From NCBI GenBank assembly GCA_025935855.1, contig JAICUM010000001.1, positions 1-39,606 on the forward strand: DNA of 39,606 nt, in the 5' to 3' direction. The stretch comes from Pirellulales bacterium. GTDB taxonomy: Bacteria; Planctomycetota; Planctomycetia; Pirellulales; Lacipirellulaceae. The notes below the pieces were generated by a model, which did not search any database, was not told the DNA's origin, and was given only the letters and a program-made list of their open reading frames with translations. Of the stretch, positions 9,597 to 22,748 are shown one piece after another; position 1 is the stretch's first letter, and each line of letters begins with the position of its first letter. The translations under genes and the position numbers were made by a program.

Positions 9597-11375
9597 TTAT
9601 TCCTTAATTATATCCTTCACCGTCATGCCGCCCGGAATCATGGGCAGCACGTGCTCCTGATACGGCGTGGCCGCATCGAGGACATACGGACCGTCGTAGG
9701 CCAGCATTTCTTCAAGCGCGGCCGGCAAGTCGGCTTTCTTATCCACATAGGCGCCGCCGCAGCCGAAGCCTTTGGCGATGCCGACGAAGTTTGGATAGCG
9801 GCGCGCCGGGTCCATCGGGCCGATGCCGTCGCCTTTGCCGGACCACTCGGGATTGTCGATCGGCCCAAGGTACGTGTGGGCGCGGTTGCCTTGCATGAAG
9901 CGGTCTTCCCACTGAACGACCATGCCAAGGTGCTGATTGTTCAGGAGCAGCACTTTCACCGGCAGCTTTTCACAAACGCAGGTGGCCAGTTCCTGAACGT
10001 TCATCAGGAAGCTGCCGTCTCCGTCGATGTCGATGCAAAGCCGGCCGGGATACGCCGCCTGGGCGCCCATCGCAGCCGGCAGACCAAAGCCCATCGTTCC
10101 CAGGCCGCTGCTACACAACCAATTCCGTGGTTGGTCGAACTTGTAGAACTGGGCGGCCCACATCTGGTGCTGGCCGACGCCCACGGCGATGACGGGGTCC
10201 TTTTCATGGGCGATTTCCCACAGCGTGCGGATGGCGTGCTGCTGGAGAATGCCCTCGTACTTCTGGTCGTACTTGAAAGGCTCCTCGGCTTTCCACTTCA
10301 GGCACTGCGCGACCCACTCGGAGATGTCTTCCGGCGCCTCGACGATCTTGTTGAGCTCGTCGAGGGCGTACTTCACGTCGCTGCACACCGGGATGTGGGC
10401 CGGCTTGTTCTTGTTCAGCTCTGAGGCGTCGATATCGACGTGGATAATCTTGCCGTGCTTGCAGAACTCTTCGACCTTACCGGTGACGCGGTCGTCGAAG
10501 CGGACGCCCAGCGCGATTAGCAGGTCCGCCTGGTCCACGGCATAGTTGGCATAGATCGAGCCGTGCATGCCGAGCATGTCGAGCGACAGCCGATCGGTGG
10601 ATGGATAAATGCCCAGCCCCATCACGGTGGTGGTAATGGGGATGCCGGTTTTCTTGACGAGCTTGCGCAGGGCGTCGCTGGCTTCCGCGGTGACGACGCC
10701 GCCGCCGGCGTAGATGATCGGCCGGCGGGCGCGCTTGATGGCCGCCGCCATTTGATTGATCTGCTCAGGGCGGGCCTTGGGCGTTTCCACCGAGTAACCC
10801 GGCAGGTTGAGTGGCTCGTTGTAGTTCGGAGTGCACTTGGCGAGTTGTACGTTCTTTGGAATGTCGATGAGCACGGGACCGGGGCGGCCGGTGGTGGCAA
10901 TTAAATACGCCTCCCGAACGACGCGAGCGAGGTCGTTCACGTCGGTCACCAGGTAATGGTGCTTCGTGATGCCGCGGCAGACTTCGACGATTGGCGTTTC
11001 CTGAAACGCGTCGGAGCCGATGACGGCGGTCGGGACCTGGCCGGTGATCGCCAGGAGCGGAATGCTGTCGAGCTTCGCGTCGGCAATGGCGGTGACAAGG
11101 TTCGTGGCGCCGGGGCCGCTGGTGGCCATGCAGACGCCGACTTTCCCCGTGCTGCGGGCGTACCCTTGGGCGGCAAAGCCGCCGCCTTGCTCATGGCGGG
11201 GCAGGATGGTGCGCAGGCGGTCGCCAAAACGGGTGAGGGCCTGGTGCAGTGGCATGCTGGCCCCGCCGGGATAGGCAAAAATTACCTCGACGCCGTGATT
11301 CACCAGCGACTGCACGAGGATGTCGGCGCCGGAGGTCACTTCGGTTTTGGTGCGGGGCTTTTCGATGGTGGCCAT
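9597..11375 (-). CDS. ilvB: Acetolactate synthase large (catalytic) subunit
   Basis: [49 protein letters not shown], ThDP motif GDGSFLMN...[15 protein letters not shown]. Confidence 0.96.
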   Translation of the reverse strand: MATIEKPRTKTEVTSGADILVQSLVNHGVEVIFAYPGGASMPLHQALTRFGDRLRTILPRHEQGGGFAAQGYARSTGKVGVCMATSGPGATNLVTAIADAKLDSIPLLAITGQVPTAVIGSDAFQETPIVEVCRGITKHHYLVTDVNDLARVVREAYLIATTGRPGPVLIDIPKNVQLAKCTPNYNEPLNLPGYSVETPKARPEQINQMAAAIKRARRPIIYAGGGVVTAEASDALRKLVKKTGIPITTTVMGLGIYPSTDRLSLDMLGMHGSIYANYAVDQADLLIALGVRFDDRVTGKVEEFCKHGKIIHVDIDASELNKNKPAHIPVCSDVKYALDELNKIVEAPEDISEWVAQCLKWKAEEPFKYDQKYEGILQQHAIRTLWEIAHEKDPVIAVGVGQHQMWAAQFYKFDQPRNWLCSSGLGTMGFGLPAAMGAQAAYPGRLCIDIDGDGSFLMNVQELATCVCEKLPVKVLLLNNQHLGMVVQWEDRFMQGNRAHTYLGPIDNPEWSGKGDGIGPMDPARRYPNFVGIAKGFGCGGAYVDKKADLPAALEEMLAYDGPYVLDAATPYQEHVLPMIPGGMTVKDIIKE

Positions 11376-11544
11376 GAGGGATGCCTTCGGAGGCGGCTGA
11401 GGGTCGTAAACCTGTTTATGGTAAGCCGGTTAGGGGCGGGAAACAACCTGACGGCGGACGCCGCTGAGATCAGCCGGGTCGTTAACCGGCGGCTCAGTGG
11501 TGAGCCGGGAAAGTCGTTTCGGGTTCGCGGCGAAATGCCCGGGG

Positions 11545-11763
11545 CTAGCCGGCCACGCGGCGCGGGATCGTGAACGAATACAGGACGACGACGGCGCCGC
11601 CGCCCATGAGGCTCCACGGAGCCCAATCGGGCGGCATGACCACGCGCTGAACCGCGGCGGGGTCGCCTTCGGGGCGCTTGAGGACGGCCCGCTCCACAAA
11701 CAGGGCCTCAAGCCCCAAGAGGCAGCAGTAGACTCCCAACGCGAGGAATAACGAGCGAAACAT
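11545..11763 (-). CDS. Small two-TM membrane protein
   Basis: From ATG 11763: MFRSLFLALGVYCCLLGLEALFVE...PPDWAPWSLMGGGAVVVLYSFTIP, two hydrophobic segments. An AGGAG SD lies upstream. The ORF-track extension to 12174 overlaps the GT2 gene and is unlikely. Confidence 0.7.
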   Translation of the reverse strand: MFRSLFLALGVYCCLLGLEALFVERAVLKRPEGDPAAVQRVVMPPDWAPWSLMGGGAVVVLYSFTIPRRVAG

Positions 11764-12046
11764 CGTGCAAGCTCCTTGCGGCATTCGCGCACTTTCCGCA
11801 TTTACGCCAGAATGTCTTAAACCAAGCGTGAGCCGCATCGCCAGGCTTTTCCCACTATCGGCGAGTGATGCTGGCGCCCTACATGGACCTGTCGGCTTGG
11901 AGCGGTGGCGCACGTCGTTCCGGCTGTGCGGCTGCGCGAATTGCTGCCGGCTGAAACGCCTCCGGTGCTCGTCTTGAGCCGCTGGTGACGATTCCGTAGC
12001 ATGTCCGACCCTCGTCAGCGCCCACCGCAGTTGAGACTCAGGCCCC

Positions 12047-12895
12047 ATGTCAGAAAAGCTCACCGCCCTCATTACTTGCAAGAACGAGCGGACGAACATT
12101 GGTCCCTGCCTGGATTCGGTGGCCGGGATTGCCAATGAGTTGTTGGTGGCAGACTCCGGTTCGACCGACGGCACGCTCGGCTACCTGCGCGCCCGCGGCG
12201 ATTGCCGGATTATTTACGGGGACTACACGACGTCCGGCGATTTTAAGAACTGGGCGATTCCCCATGCGACGCACCCGTGGGTGCTGATCCTCGATTCGGA
12301 CGAGCGCGTGACGCCGCGATTGGCGGCGGAGATTAAGGAGCTACTGGAGAAGGGGCCGGACCACGACGGGTTCTGGGTCGGACGGACGAATCACTTGATG
12401 GGGCATCGGGTGCGCTATACCGATTGGGCCCGCGACAAACTCGTGCGACTCTTCCGGCGGGACCTCGGGCGCTACGAAGGGCCGAGCGATCATGGCGACG
12501 TGGTGGTGTCGTCCGGTAAGGTAGGCGTGCTCCGCTCGCCGCTGGACCATTACACGATCTGGTCGTGGTCACACTACATGGCGAAGTTCGATCGATACAC
12601 GCGCGTGCAGGCTGAGCATTGGCACGCGGCCGGGCGTAAGCCGAGCTGGCGGAGGATGCTGATCCAGCCGCCGCTGCGCTTCCTGCGCGACTATGTGATG
12701 CACTTGGGCTTTTTAGACGGCTCGGTCGGCATTCAGATCGCGTGGACCAGCGCCTTTTACAGCTTCATGAAGCAGGCCCGACTGTGGGAACTGCACAACG
12801 CGCGCAAGCAAAGCGACGTGGAAGGTGACGCGATGGCGGCCTCCGAGGCGAAGGGGACGCCGCCGCCAAAGAGTGCGCCGCGGAAAGCGGCATAG
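12047..12895 (+). CDS. Glycosyltransferase family 2 (WaaE/KdtX-like)
   Basis: LTALITCKNE, VADSGSTDGT, WVLILDSDE (DxD), LGFLDG. Confidence 0.9.
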   Translation: MSEKLTALITCKNERTNIGPCLDSVAGIANELLVADSGSTDGTLGYLRARGDCRIIYGDYTTSGDFKNWAIPHATHPWVLILDSDERVTPRLAAEIKELLEKGPDHDGFWVGRTNHLMGHRVRYTDWARDKLVRLFRRDLGRYEGPSDHGDVVVSSGKVGVLRSPLDHYTIWSWSHYMAKFDRYTRVQAEHWHAAGRKPSWRRMLIQPPLRFLRDYVMHLGFLDGSVGIQIAWTSAFYSFMKQARLWELHNARKQSDVEGDAMAASEAKGTPPPKSAPRKAA

Positions 12896-12910
12896 ATCGG
12901 CTCTCGTTGA

Positions 12911-12916
12911 TACAAT
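12911..12916 (+). promoter_or_regulatory. Putative -10 box (TACAAT) 6 nt upstream of ATG 12923
   Basis: TACAAT-CGCGGC-ATG; no SD. Confidence 0.5.
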
Positions 12917-12922
12917 CGCGGC

Positions 12923-13255
12923 ATGGGTGAATCGCCGCGACGCTGGTTCCGCTTCCGCATTCGCACGCTGCTGTTGCTGACGCTTGTCACGGTCATCGTG
13001 ATGACCTGTTACTCCTATTGGTCGGACTACTCTGACCAGGCGGCGCGCCGGCAGCGGGAACTTCTGGCGCCGGCCAAGGGCGCCTATTGCACTGTGTTCT
13101 TGGATCCGGCGGCCGCGGCTGATGGCGATAAGTTCGTCTTCGGGCGTTTCTTTCTGATGAACGACGAGTGGCTGGTGCTCGATGGCGAGAACAAGCGACA
13201 GGAGTGGATTCCAAGGAAGTACGTGAAGCGGCTGCAGGTGGACGCTGCTCGCTAA
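12923..13255 (+). CDS. Hypothetical membrane-anchored protein with planctomycete-type RFxLRTLL N-terminus
   Basis: RRWFRFRIRTLLLLTLVTVIVM followed by a small beta-rich domain. Confidence 0.7.
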   Translation: MGESPRRWFRFRIRTLLLLTLVTVIVMTCYSYWSDYSDQAARRQRELLAPAKGAYCTVFLDPAAAADGDKFVFGRFFLMNDEWLVLDGENKRQEWIPRKYVKRLQVDAAR

Positions 13256-13272
13256 GACGTCGTCGAATTCCA

Positions 13273-13328
13273 CTAGTCGGAGGCCCACGGCCTCCGGGAC
13301 ATCCCGGACGGCGTGGCCGTCCGGCTAG
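13273..13328. repeat. Inverted REP-like doublet, CTAG head / CAC loop family (copy 1)
   Basis: CTAG-TCGGAGGCC-CAC-GGCCTCCGG-GA and, inverted, CTAG-CCGGACGGC-CAC-GCCGTCCGG-GA. Confidence 0.8.
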
Positions 13329-13389
13329 TCGAGGTGTTCGCGCGACATTAAACGCATAGATTCGGCTACTCAGATACTGGCACACGGCA

Positions 13390-13395
13390 TAGAAT
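13390..13395 (+). promoter_or_regulatory. Putative -10 box (TAGAAT) 6 nt upstream of the mfd GTG
   Basis: TAGAAT-CCTGCC-GTG; no SD. Confidence 0.5.
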
Positions 13396-13401
13396 CCTGC
13401 C

Positions 13402-16824
<3,423 letters not shown>

Positions 16825-16861
16825 AATCCCGCCGCTTGGGCGTGCGCGCGTCGCGCATGCT

Positions 16862-18211
16862 GTGCGCGTGCGCGCACCCTTTTCCTTGTCTTGGCGGCGA
16901 TCTCTCGTGCGGCAGGTGCTGAGATTTCTGATCGTAACGGCACTGTCCGCATACGCGGCATCGCCGCTCGTCGCGCAGACTTCCTCGCCGTTCGATCCGC
17001 CGCCGTTTCCGACCGCCGGCGGGCCGTCGTCGCCGCAGGCGGCGGCCGTCTCGAATCAACTTGATTCCGGCCCGGTAAGCGCATCCGGCGCTCCAGCCGC
17101 GACATTCGTCGCGCCACATGATTTAGCTGAGGCGAGCTCCGACTCTGGCGCCACGCAGCCGGCAAAAAAAGCGATCGCGGTGCCGGAGGATGCGAAGCCG
17201 ATCGAAGGCAGCCAGATCATCGCCCGTATTGAAGATCAAACAATCCTTGCCAGCGACGTGCTCTGGCAAGTAAATCAGATGATCGCGATGAGCGCACGTG
17301 GACCGCTGCCCCCGGCTCAATTGGCTGAAGTGCAGCAAATGCTCATGCGAAAAATGGTGCTGCAGCTAATTGACACAAAGCTATTGTTCGGCGCATTCAA
17401 GCACAACGTGCCGCCCGAAGCACTGCCCAACATTCAGAAGCAGCTGGCGGAGCCATTTGAAAAGATTCAGGTTCCTCGGCTGACCGAGATGTTCAAAGTG
17501 AAGGACCGCGTGGAGCTTGAGGCCGCGTTGGCCAAGTCGGGCGGCTCGATTAAAGTCGTCCAGCAGCAATTCTTCGAGAAAGAAGTCGCCGGCGAATGGC
17601 TGCGACAAAAGACAGGCAAGCCGAAGCCCATTTCGCACGAGGAGATGCTCGCCTATTACCAGGACCATCTGAAGGAATACGAATACCCGGCCCAGGTGAA
17701 ATGGGAAGAGTTGATGGTGCGATTCGATAAGTGCAAGAGCCGCGAAGAGGCGTGGCAAAAGCTCGCCGAGATGGGCAACGACGTGTGGAAGCAAGTCGCC
17801 GCAAATCCCGGCGTGCGCGGAGCCGTGTTCGCGACCGTCGCCAAGGCGAAGTCGGACGGATTCACCGCGGCGGACGGCGGCCTGCAGGATTGGACGACGC
17901 TAGGCTCGCTGAAGTGCGAAGAATTGAACTCCGCCATTGCGAACTTGCAACTCGGCCAAATGAGCGACGGCATCGAAAGCGAGCTTGGGTTTCACATTGT
18001 CCGCGTGCTGGAGCGCAAAGCGGCCGGCCGCACGTCATTCATTGACGCGCAGGCCAAAATCCGCGAAACGCTCGAAGCCGAACAGAAAGACGCCCTGCTG
18101 ACCGCCGAGTTGGCCAAACTGCGAAAAACCGCGCGGGTCTGGACCGTGTGGGACGGCGAGCTCATCGGCGATCGCTTGGCGGAAGTCTTATCCAAAAAGG
18201 ACAAACGCTAG
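16862..18211 (+). CDS. PpiC/SurA-type peptidyl-prolyl cis-trans isomerase (secreted)
   Basis: Signal peptide (true start may be GTG 16907 or 16916); IIARIEDQTILASD; FATVAKAKSDG..ADGG; SDGIESELGFHIVRV parvulin motif. Confidence 0.8.
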   Translation: MRVRAPFSLSWRRSLVRQVLRFLIVTALSAYAASPLVAQTSSPFDPPPFPTAGGPSSPQAAAVSNQLDSGPVSASGAPAATFVAPHDLAEASSDSGATQPAKKAIAVPEDAKPIEGSQIIARIEDQTILASDVLWQVNQMIAMSARGPLPPAQLAEVQQMLMRKMVLQLIDTKLLFGAFKHNVPPEALPNIQKQLAEPFEKIQVPRLTEMFKVKDRVELEAALAKSGGSIKVVQQQFFEKEVAGEWLRQKTGKPKPISHEEMLAYYQDHLKEYEYPAQVKWEELMVRFDKCKSREEAWQKLAEMGNDVWKQVAANPGVRGAVFATVAKAKSDGFTAADGGLQDWTTLGSLKCEELNSAIANLQLGQMSDGIESELGFHIVRVLERKAAGRTSFIDAQAKIRETLEAEQKDALLTAELAKLRKTARVWTVWDGELIGDRLAEVLSKKDKR

Positions 18212-18438
18212 GGGTTGGGAGCCGTTTGCAATTAGCCGTTGGAAATGGCGGAGACTCTCTAGCCGCAAAAGACTCCCGACGCCGTTTTCCATCGCGCCTC
18301 TCGCGTCTTTTGCGCCGATTGAACCGGCCCACCTCCGCCGGTACACTTCAGTGCTCCTGTGGCGTGTGGTGCTTACCAAAATGTAAGCACACGTCGCTCG
18401 TTTGTCGCGGTTCCGTGCCCGCTGGAAGGACTGCCTCG

Positions 18439-19728
18439 ATGGCTGAGGTCGCCAAACTTAAGACGCCTGACGGCAAGGAACTCGACTTGCCGATCGTCGA
18501 GGGAACCGAGCGCGAACGCGCGCTGGACATCAGCAAACTGCGCAGCTCGGCCGATTTGATCACGCTGGACGAAGGCTACGTCAACACCGGTTCGTGTACC
18601 AGCGCCATCACGTTCCTGGACGGCGAAAAGGGCATCCTTCGCTACCGCGGGTATCCGATCGAACAACTTGCCCAGCAGTGCCACTTCATGGAAGTTTGCT
18701 ATCTGCTGATTTACGGCGAGCTGCCGACGCACGAACAGTTCGAGAACTTCAGCCGCACGCTTCGCCGGCATACGCTGCTGCACGAGGACATGCGGCTGTT
18801 TTACGACGGCTTCCCGCGCGACGCCCACCCAATGGCGATTCTGGGCTCCGTCGTGGGCGCCATGTCTACGTTCTACCAGGACTCGCTCGATCCGCATGAC
18901 CCTGACCAGGTGGATATCTCGATCGTGCGGCTACTGGCCAAGCTGCCGACGATCGCGGCGTTTGCCTACAAGAAGTCGGTGGGCCAGCCGTACGTTTATC
19001 CGAGCAACGACCTGTCGTACTGCGCGAACTTTCTGCGCATGATGTTCGCAGTGCCGAGTGAGCCGTATGAAGTCGATCCGGATTTTGTCAGCGCTCTTAA
19101 CCTGCTCCTAATCGTACATGCCGACCACGAGCAGAACTGCAGCACTTCGACCGTCCGGATGGTGGGTTCCTCGCTGGCTAATTTATTCGCGTCGATTTCA
19201 GCGGGCATCAGCGCCCTTTGGGGACCGCTGCATGGCGGGGCCAATGAAGCTTGCGTGCAGATGCTGGAGCAAATTCGCCGCGATGGATCGAATGTAAAGA
19301 AGTACGTCGATATGGCGAAGGACAAGCACAACAACTTCCGGTTGATGGGCTTCGGCCATCGCGTGTACAAGAATTTTGATCCGCGGGCGAAGATCATCAA
19401 AGCAGCCTGCGATAAAGTGCTGGCCAAGCAAAAGGTCCGCGATCCGATCTTCGACGTGGCCGTGGAGTTGGAACGGGTGGCGCTTTCCGATCCTTACTTC
19501 ATCGAGCGGAAACTGTATCCGAACGTCGATTTCTATTCCGGCGTGATCTACCGCGCCATTGGGATTCCGCTGCAGATGTTCACCGTGCTGTTCGCCATTG
19601 GCCGGCTTCCCGGGTGGATCGCCCATTGGGTGGAGATGCATGCCAGCCCGACGACGAAAATCTGCCGGCCGCGGCAGATTTATATCGGCCCGACGGAACG
19701 GCCGTTCTTGCCGATGGATAAGCGCTGA
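18439..19728 (+). CDS. gltA: Citrate synthase (type II)
   Basis: ATG 18439 with GAAGGA SD; GILRYRGY, HADHEQNCSTS, GPLHGGAN, LMGFGHRVYK, YPNVDFYSG, RPRQIY. Confidence 0.97.
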   Translation: MAEVAKLKTPDGKELDLPIVEGTERERALDISKLRSSADLITLDEGYVNTGSCTSAITFLDGEKGILRYRGYPIEQLAQQCHFMEVCYLLIYGELPTHEQFENFSRTLRRHTLLHEDMRLFYDGFPRDAHPMAILGSVVGAMSTFYQDSLDPHDPDQVDISIVRLLAKLPTIAAFAYKKSVGQPYVYPSNDLSYCANFLRMMFAVPSEPYEVDPDFVSALNLLLIVHADHEQNCSTSTVRMVGSSLANLFASISAGISALWGPLHGGANEACVQMLEQIRRDGSNVKKYVDMAKDKHNNFRLMGFGHRVYKNFDPRAKIIKAACDKVLAKQKVRDPIFDVAVELERVALSDPYFIERKLYPNVDFYSGVIYRAIGIPLQMFTVLFAIGRLPGWIAHWVEMHASPTTKICRPRQIYIGPTERPFLPMDKR

Positions 19729-19740
19729 GCGAGTCGCGCT

Positions 19741-20622
19741 GTGCTAGTTCAGACCGACTCGTTGTCGAAGCACTATGGTCGAATGGCGGCGCTAAGTGAT
19801 TGCTCGTTGGAGGCTTCACGCGGCGAGATTGTCGGTCTTTTGGGACCGAACGGCTCCGGCAAAACAACGTTGCTGCGGCTGTTGATGGGCTTCCTCAAGC
19901 CGTCGGCAGGACGCGCGACGATTGAGGGGCTGGATTGCTACCGGCAATCCGTCGAAGTCCATCGCCGGATCTCCTACTTGCCGGGCGAGGCGCGGCTGTT
20001 TCGGCATCTCAACGGTCGCGAGACCCTTGAGTTTTTTGCGAAGCTGCGGCCATCGGCAAGTCTTGAGCGCTCGCTGAAGCTGGCGAGCCGGCTGCAGCTG
20101 GACTTGTCGAGACGGGTGCGGCAAATGTCTACCGGTATGCGGCAAAAACTCGCGCTGGCCGTCGCACTGACGCCCGATGTGCCGCTGATGATTCTCGATG
20201 AGCCGACGGCGAATCTGGATCCGACCGTTCGCCGAGAGGTCGTTGAGTTAGTTCGCGAAGCGTGTTCGGCCGGAAAGTCGGTCCTGTTCTCTTCGCACGT
20301 GCTTTCCGAAGTGGAGGAAGCCTGCGATCGGGTCCTGGTGTTGAGCCGGGGCCGACTAGTTGAATCGGTGAGCGTGGCCGATGTGCGGCGGCAACATCGA
20401 ATTCGCGCCCAGTTGACAGGACCATTGACAGCGGCGCCGCCATCACTTGCGGCCACCATGGAAATCACGCGGCCAAGCGACAGCCAGATCGTCATTGTGA
20501 CTCACGGCGAACTGGCGCCGCTGTTGGGCTGGCTGGCTGAGCTGCCGCTCGCTCGCCTGGAGATCGAGCCGGTGGGTTTGCGGACGGTTTATGAAAAGCA
20601 CCATCCCGCGAGCCTCGAATGA
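19741..20622 (+). CDS. ABC exporter ATP-binding protein
   Basis: GPNGSGKT, signature MSTGMRQK, ILDEPT, SSH switch. Confidence 0.93.
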   Translation: MLVQTDSLSKHYGRMAALSDCSLEASRGEIVGLLGPNGSGKTTLLRLLMGFLKPSAGRATIEGLDCYRQSVEVHRRISYLPGEARLFRHLNGRETLEFFAKLRPSASLERSLKLASRLQLDLSRRVRQMSTGMRQKLALAVALTPDVPLMILDEPTANLDPTVRREVVELVREACSAGKSVLFSSHVLSEVEEACDRVLVLSRGRLVESVSVADVRRQHRIRAQLTGPLTAAPPSLAATMEITRPSDSQIVIVTHGELAPLLGWLAELPLARLEIEPVGLRTVYEKHHPASLE

Positions 20623-21455
20623 ACCGCGTGCTCATTACACGATCGTTCCGGGACAGCGCCGTCACGCTCGCCGTCTGTTCGACGCTGGTCGCCGGGTTCA
20701 CCTGGCTACGGGTATGGGTTGCGTCGCAGATCAAGGCGGACGCGTTCATCAAGCTTTTCTCCGAGAGCCTGAAAGTATTCCAGGCCCTGCTGCCGGCGCC
20801 GATCGAGGATTTCGCCTCGCCGCTGGGTCGCGTGGCGTTCACCTACGAGGAGTTCGGTCTGATCCTGCTCGTGGGAATGTGGTCCATTGCTCGCGGCAGC
20901 GAGTGCATTGCGGGACGAGTGGGCGCGGGCACACTGGAGATGCTGTTGGCGCAGCCGATTCGCCGTGTGTCCATCGTCGCTTCGCATACTCTTGTCACGG
21001 TGGTCGGCATCCTTGCGCTGTCGGCCGCCGCCTGGTTTGGGATCGGCCTGGGACTGCGCTTCAGCAAGTTCGAGGCGCCGCCGGCATTTTTACAGCTCGG
21101 CCCGGGCGCTTTACAGCTCGTGGGCCTGGGCCTGTTCATGGGCGCGGCCGCGACCTTCGCGTCATCGCTAGTGCGCAATCGCGGAACGGCCGTAGGGCTC
21201 ATGATTGGCTTCTATGTGATCGAACTTGCCCTAATGATCGTCAGCCGCGTGTCGACCCATTTTGCTTGGATGAAGTGGCTTACGATTCTCGCGGCCTACG
21301 AGCCGACGATGCTAACGCTCGGAATTGATCGTGATCCGGCGACGTACTGGCCGCTGTACTGGCAGTACAACGCGATCCTGTTTGGCCTGGCGGCGGTGCT
21401 TTTCATGGCCAGCGCGGCCATCTTCAGCTATCGGGACGTGCCGGCGCCGCTGTGA
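20619..21455 (+). CDS. ABC-2-type transporter permease
   Basis: About 6 TM segments; GTLEMLLAQPIRR motif; ATGA overlap with the ATPase gene. Confidence 0.85.
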   Translation: MNRVLITRSFRDSAVTLAVCSTLVAGFTWLRVWVASQIKADAFIKLFSESLKVFQALLPAPIEDFASPLGRVAFTYEEFGLILLVGMWSIARGSECIAGRVGAGTLEMLLAQPIRRVSIVASHTLVTVVGILALSAAAWFGIGLGLRFSKFEAPPAFLQLGPGALQLVGLGLFMGAAATFASSLVRNRGTAVGLMIGFYVIELALMIVSRVSTHFAWMKWLTILAAYEPTMLTLGIDRDPATYWPLYWQYNAILFGLAAVLFMASAAIFSYRDVPAPL

Positions 21456-21493
21456 AAGAGCTCGCGGCATCGAGACGATGCCGGCTAACTGAG

Positions 21494-22579
21494 TCACGGC
21501 AACTGCTTCACGAAACGGTCAAGCTGCGCCGCCAGCAGCGTCAGGTCGCTGCCGAAGATGGCGGTGAAGTCGGTCATCCGCTCCAGCGGCGGGTACTTGG
21601 TAAACGGCTCGCGCGCCGCCACACGCGCGAGATATGCGCTGTATTCCTGCGGCCGCGTCTCACACAGGTAAAACGTGAGCGTCCAGGCGTCGGCATAGGC
21701 GGCGAGTGCATCAGCGTCGAACGCCTTGTCGCCCGCGATCAGCCGAGTCAGCCAATCGGCAGGGCGGTCGCTCGCCGCCTTTCGGAAGAAGGTCAGGCGT
21801 TCGCCGTTGATGCGGTCAGCCACGCGCGGCGCCGCGCCGGCGTCCCACACGCCGCGGGCTTCGAACATCATCGCCAGCCCTTCGACGGCCCAACGCGGTT
21901 GCTCGGCGAAGCGGCGATGAACGCCGACGTTGTAGGCCGTTTGATGAGTCGCTTCGTGGATGATGGTTGCGGCGTTCGCCGACCAATCCACTTTCTTGTC
22001 ATGCTCACTCACGTCGAACAGGTAAATGCGGTTCGTTGATAGATCGTAGTGGCCGAACGTTCCCGGCTGCATCGGCGTTCCGCTGCGCGAGGCGTACTCG
22101 TAATACGCAGCCTGGCTCGGAAAAACGATGGCCACGAGCGGCACGGCTGGCGCCGCCGCTCGGAAGCCACGCACGGCGACGTAATGAGTGAAGCTACGGA
22201 ACAACGACTCCAGCCGCTCGCCCCACTGGTCGCCCCGGCCACGCGGGTGGACGACTACAAAGTGGCCGTTGATCGAAATCTCAAACGGGCGGTCGAACTC
22301 ATCGCGCAGCCGCGCCGCGAGCTCGGTGCTGGTGTAGGGGGTGAAGGCGGCGGCCGTCTTCTTAGCGTCCTGGGCCTCGGCCGGATTGACGTCATAGAGC
22401 GCTCCGTCGCGGCCAAGCAACAGAATCTGCTGCTGCGTCCATGCCAACGGCTGGCCTTCGATCACCCGGCCGTCTACCGTCGCCCGCATCATGAATGGCG
22501 CCGGCTTGGCGAGGCCAATCGTTGCGGCGATGAGAACAAGCAGAATGGCTCGCATCGGTTGGAAAACGGATTTGCGCAT
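21494..22579 (-). CDS. DUF1570 domain protein (secreted, HExxH zincin-like)
   Basis: TIIHEATHQTAYNVG...PRWAVEGLAMMFE, YADAWTLTFYL. Start at 22579 or 22555 gives a signal peptide. Confidence 0.85.
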   Translation of the reverse strand: MRKSVFQPMRAILLVLIAATIGLAKPAPFMMRATVDGRVIEGQPLAWTQQQILLLGRDGALYDVNPAEAQDAKKTAAAFTPYTSTELAARLRDEFDRPFEISINGHFVVVHPRGRGDQWGERLESLFRSFTHYVAVRGFRAAAPAVPLVAIVFPSQAAYYEYASRSGTPMQPGTFGHYDLSTNRIYLFDVSEHDKKVDWSANAATIIHEATHQTAYNVGVHRRFAEQPRWAVEGLAMMFEARGVWDAGAAPRVADRINGERLTFFRKAASDRPADWLTRLIAGDKAFDADALAAYADAWTLTFYLCETRPQEYSAYLARVAAREPFTKYPPLERMTDFTAIFGSDLTLLAAQLDRFVKQLP

Positions 22580-22748
22580 GTGAAGAATCCAGTTTTTTGG
22601 TCCCAACAAGTCTAGGCCATGAGTGCCGTGTGGTTGGGTTCCAGCCGTTACGCACGCTACAATCATTTCGGACGGCGCCAGGCGATTTTTAGCCGGTCGA
22701 GCTGGCCAGGCGCGGCGAATAAACTGCTCACGCTCATCGAGGATTAAT

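Noticed and set aside
11376-11544. ilvB leader-peptide attenuator
   Set aside because: I saw no short Ile/Leu/Val-rich ORF or U-tailed terminator upstream of ilvB.
18148-18438. 97-aa N-terminal extension of citrate synthase
   Set aside because: It overlaps the upstream gene and shows no homology-like features. ATG 18439 has an SD and gives a normal length.
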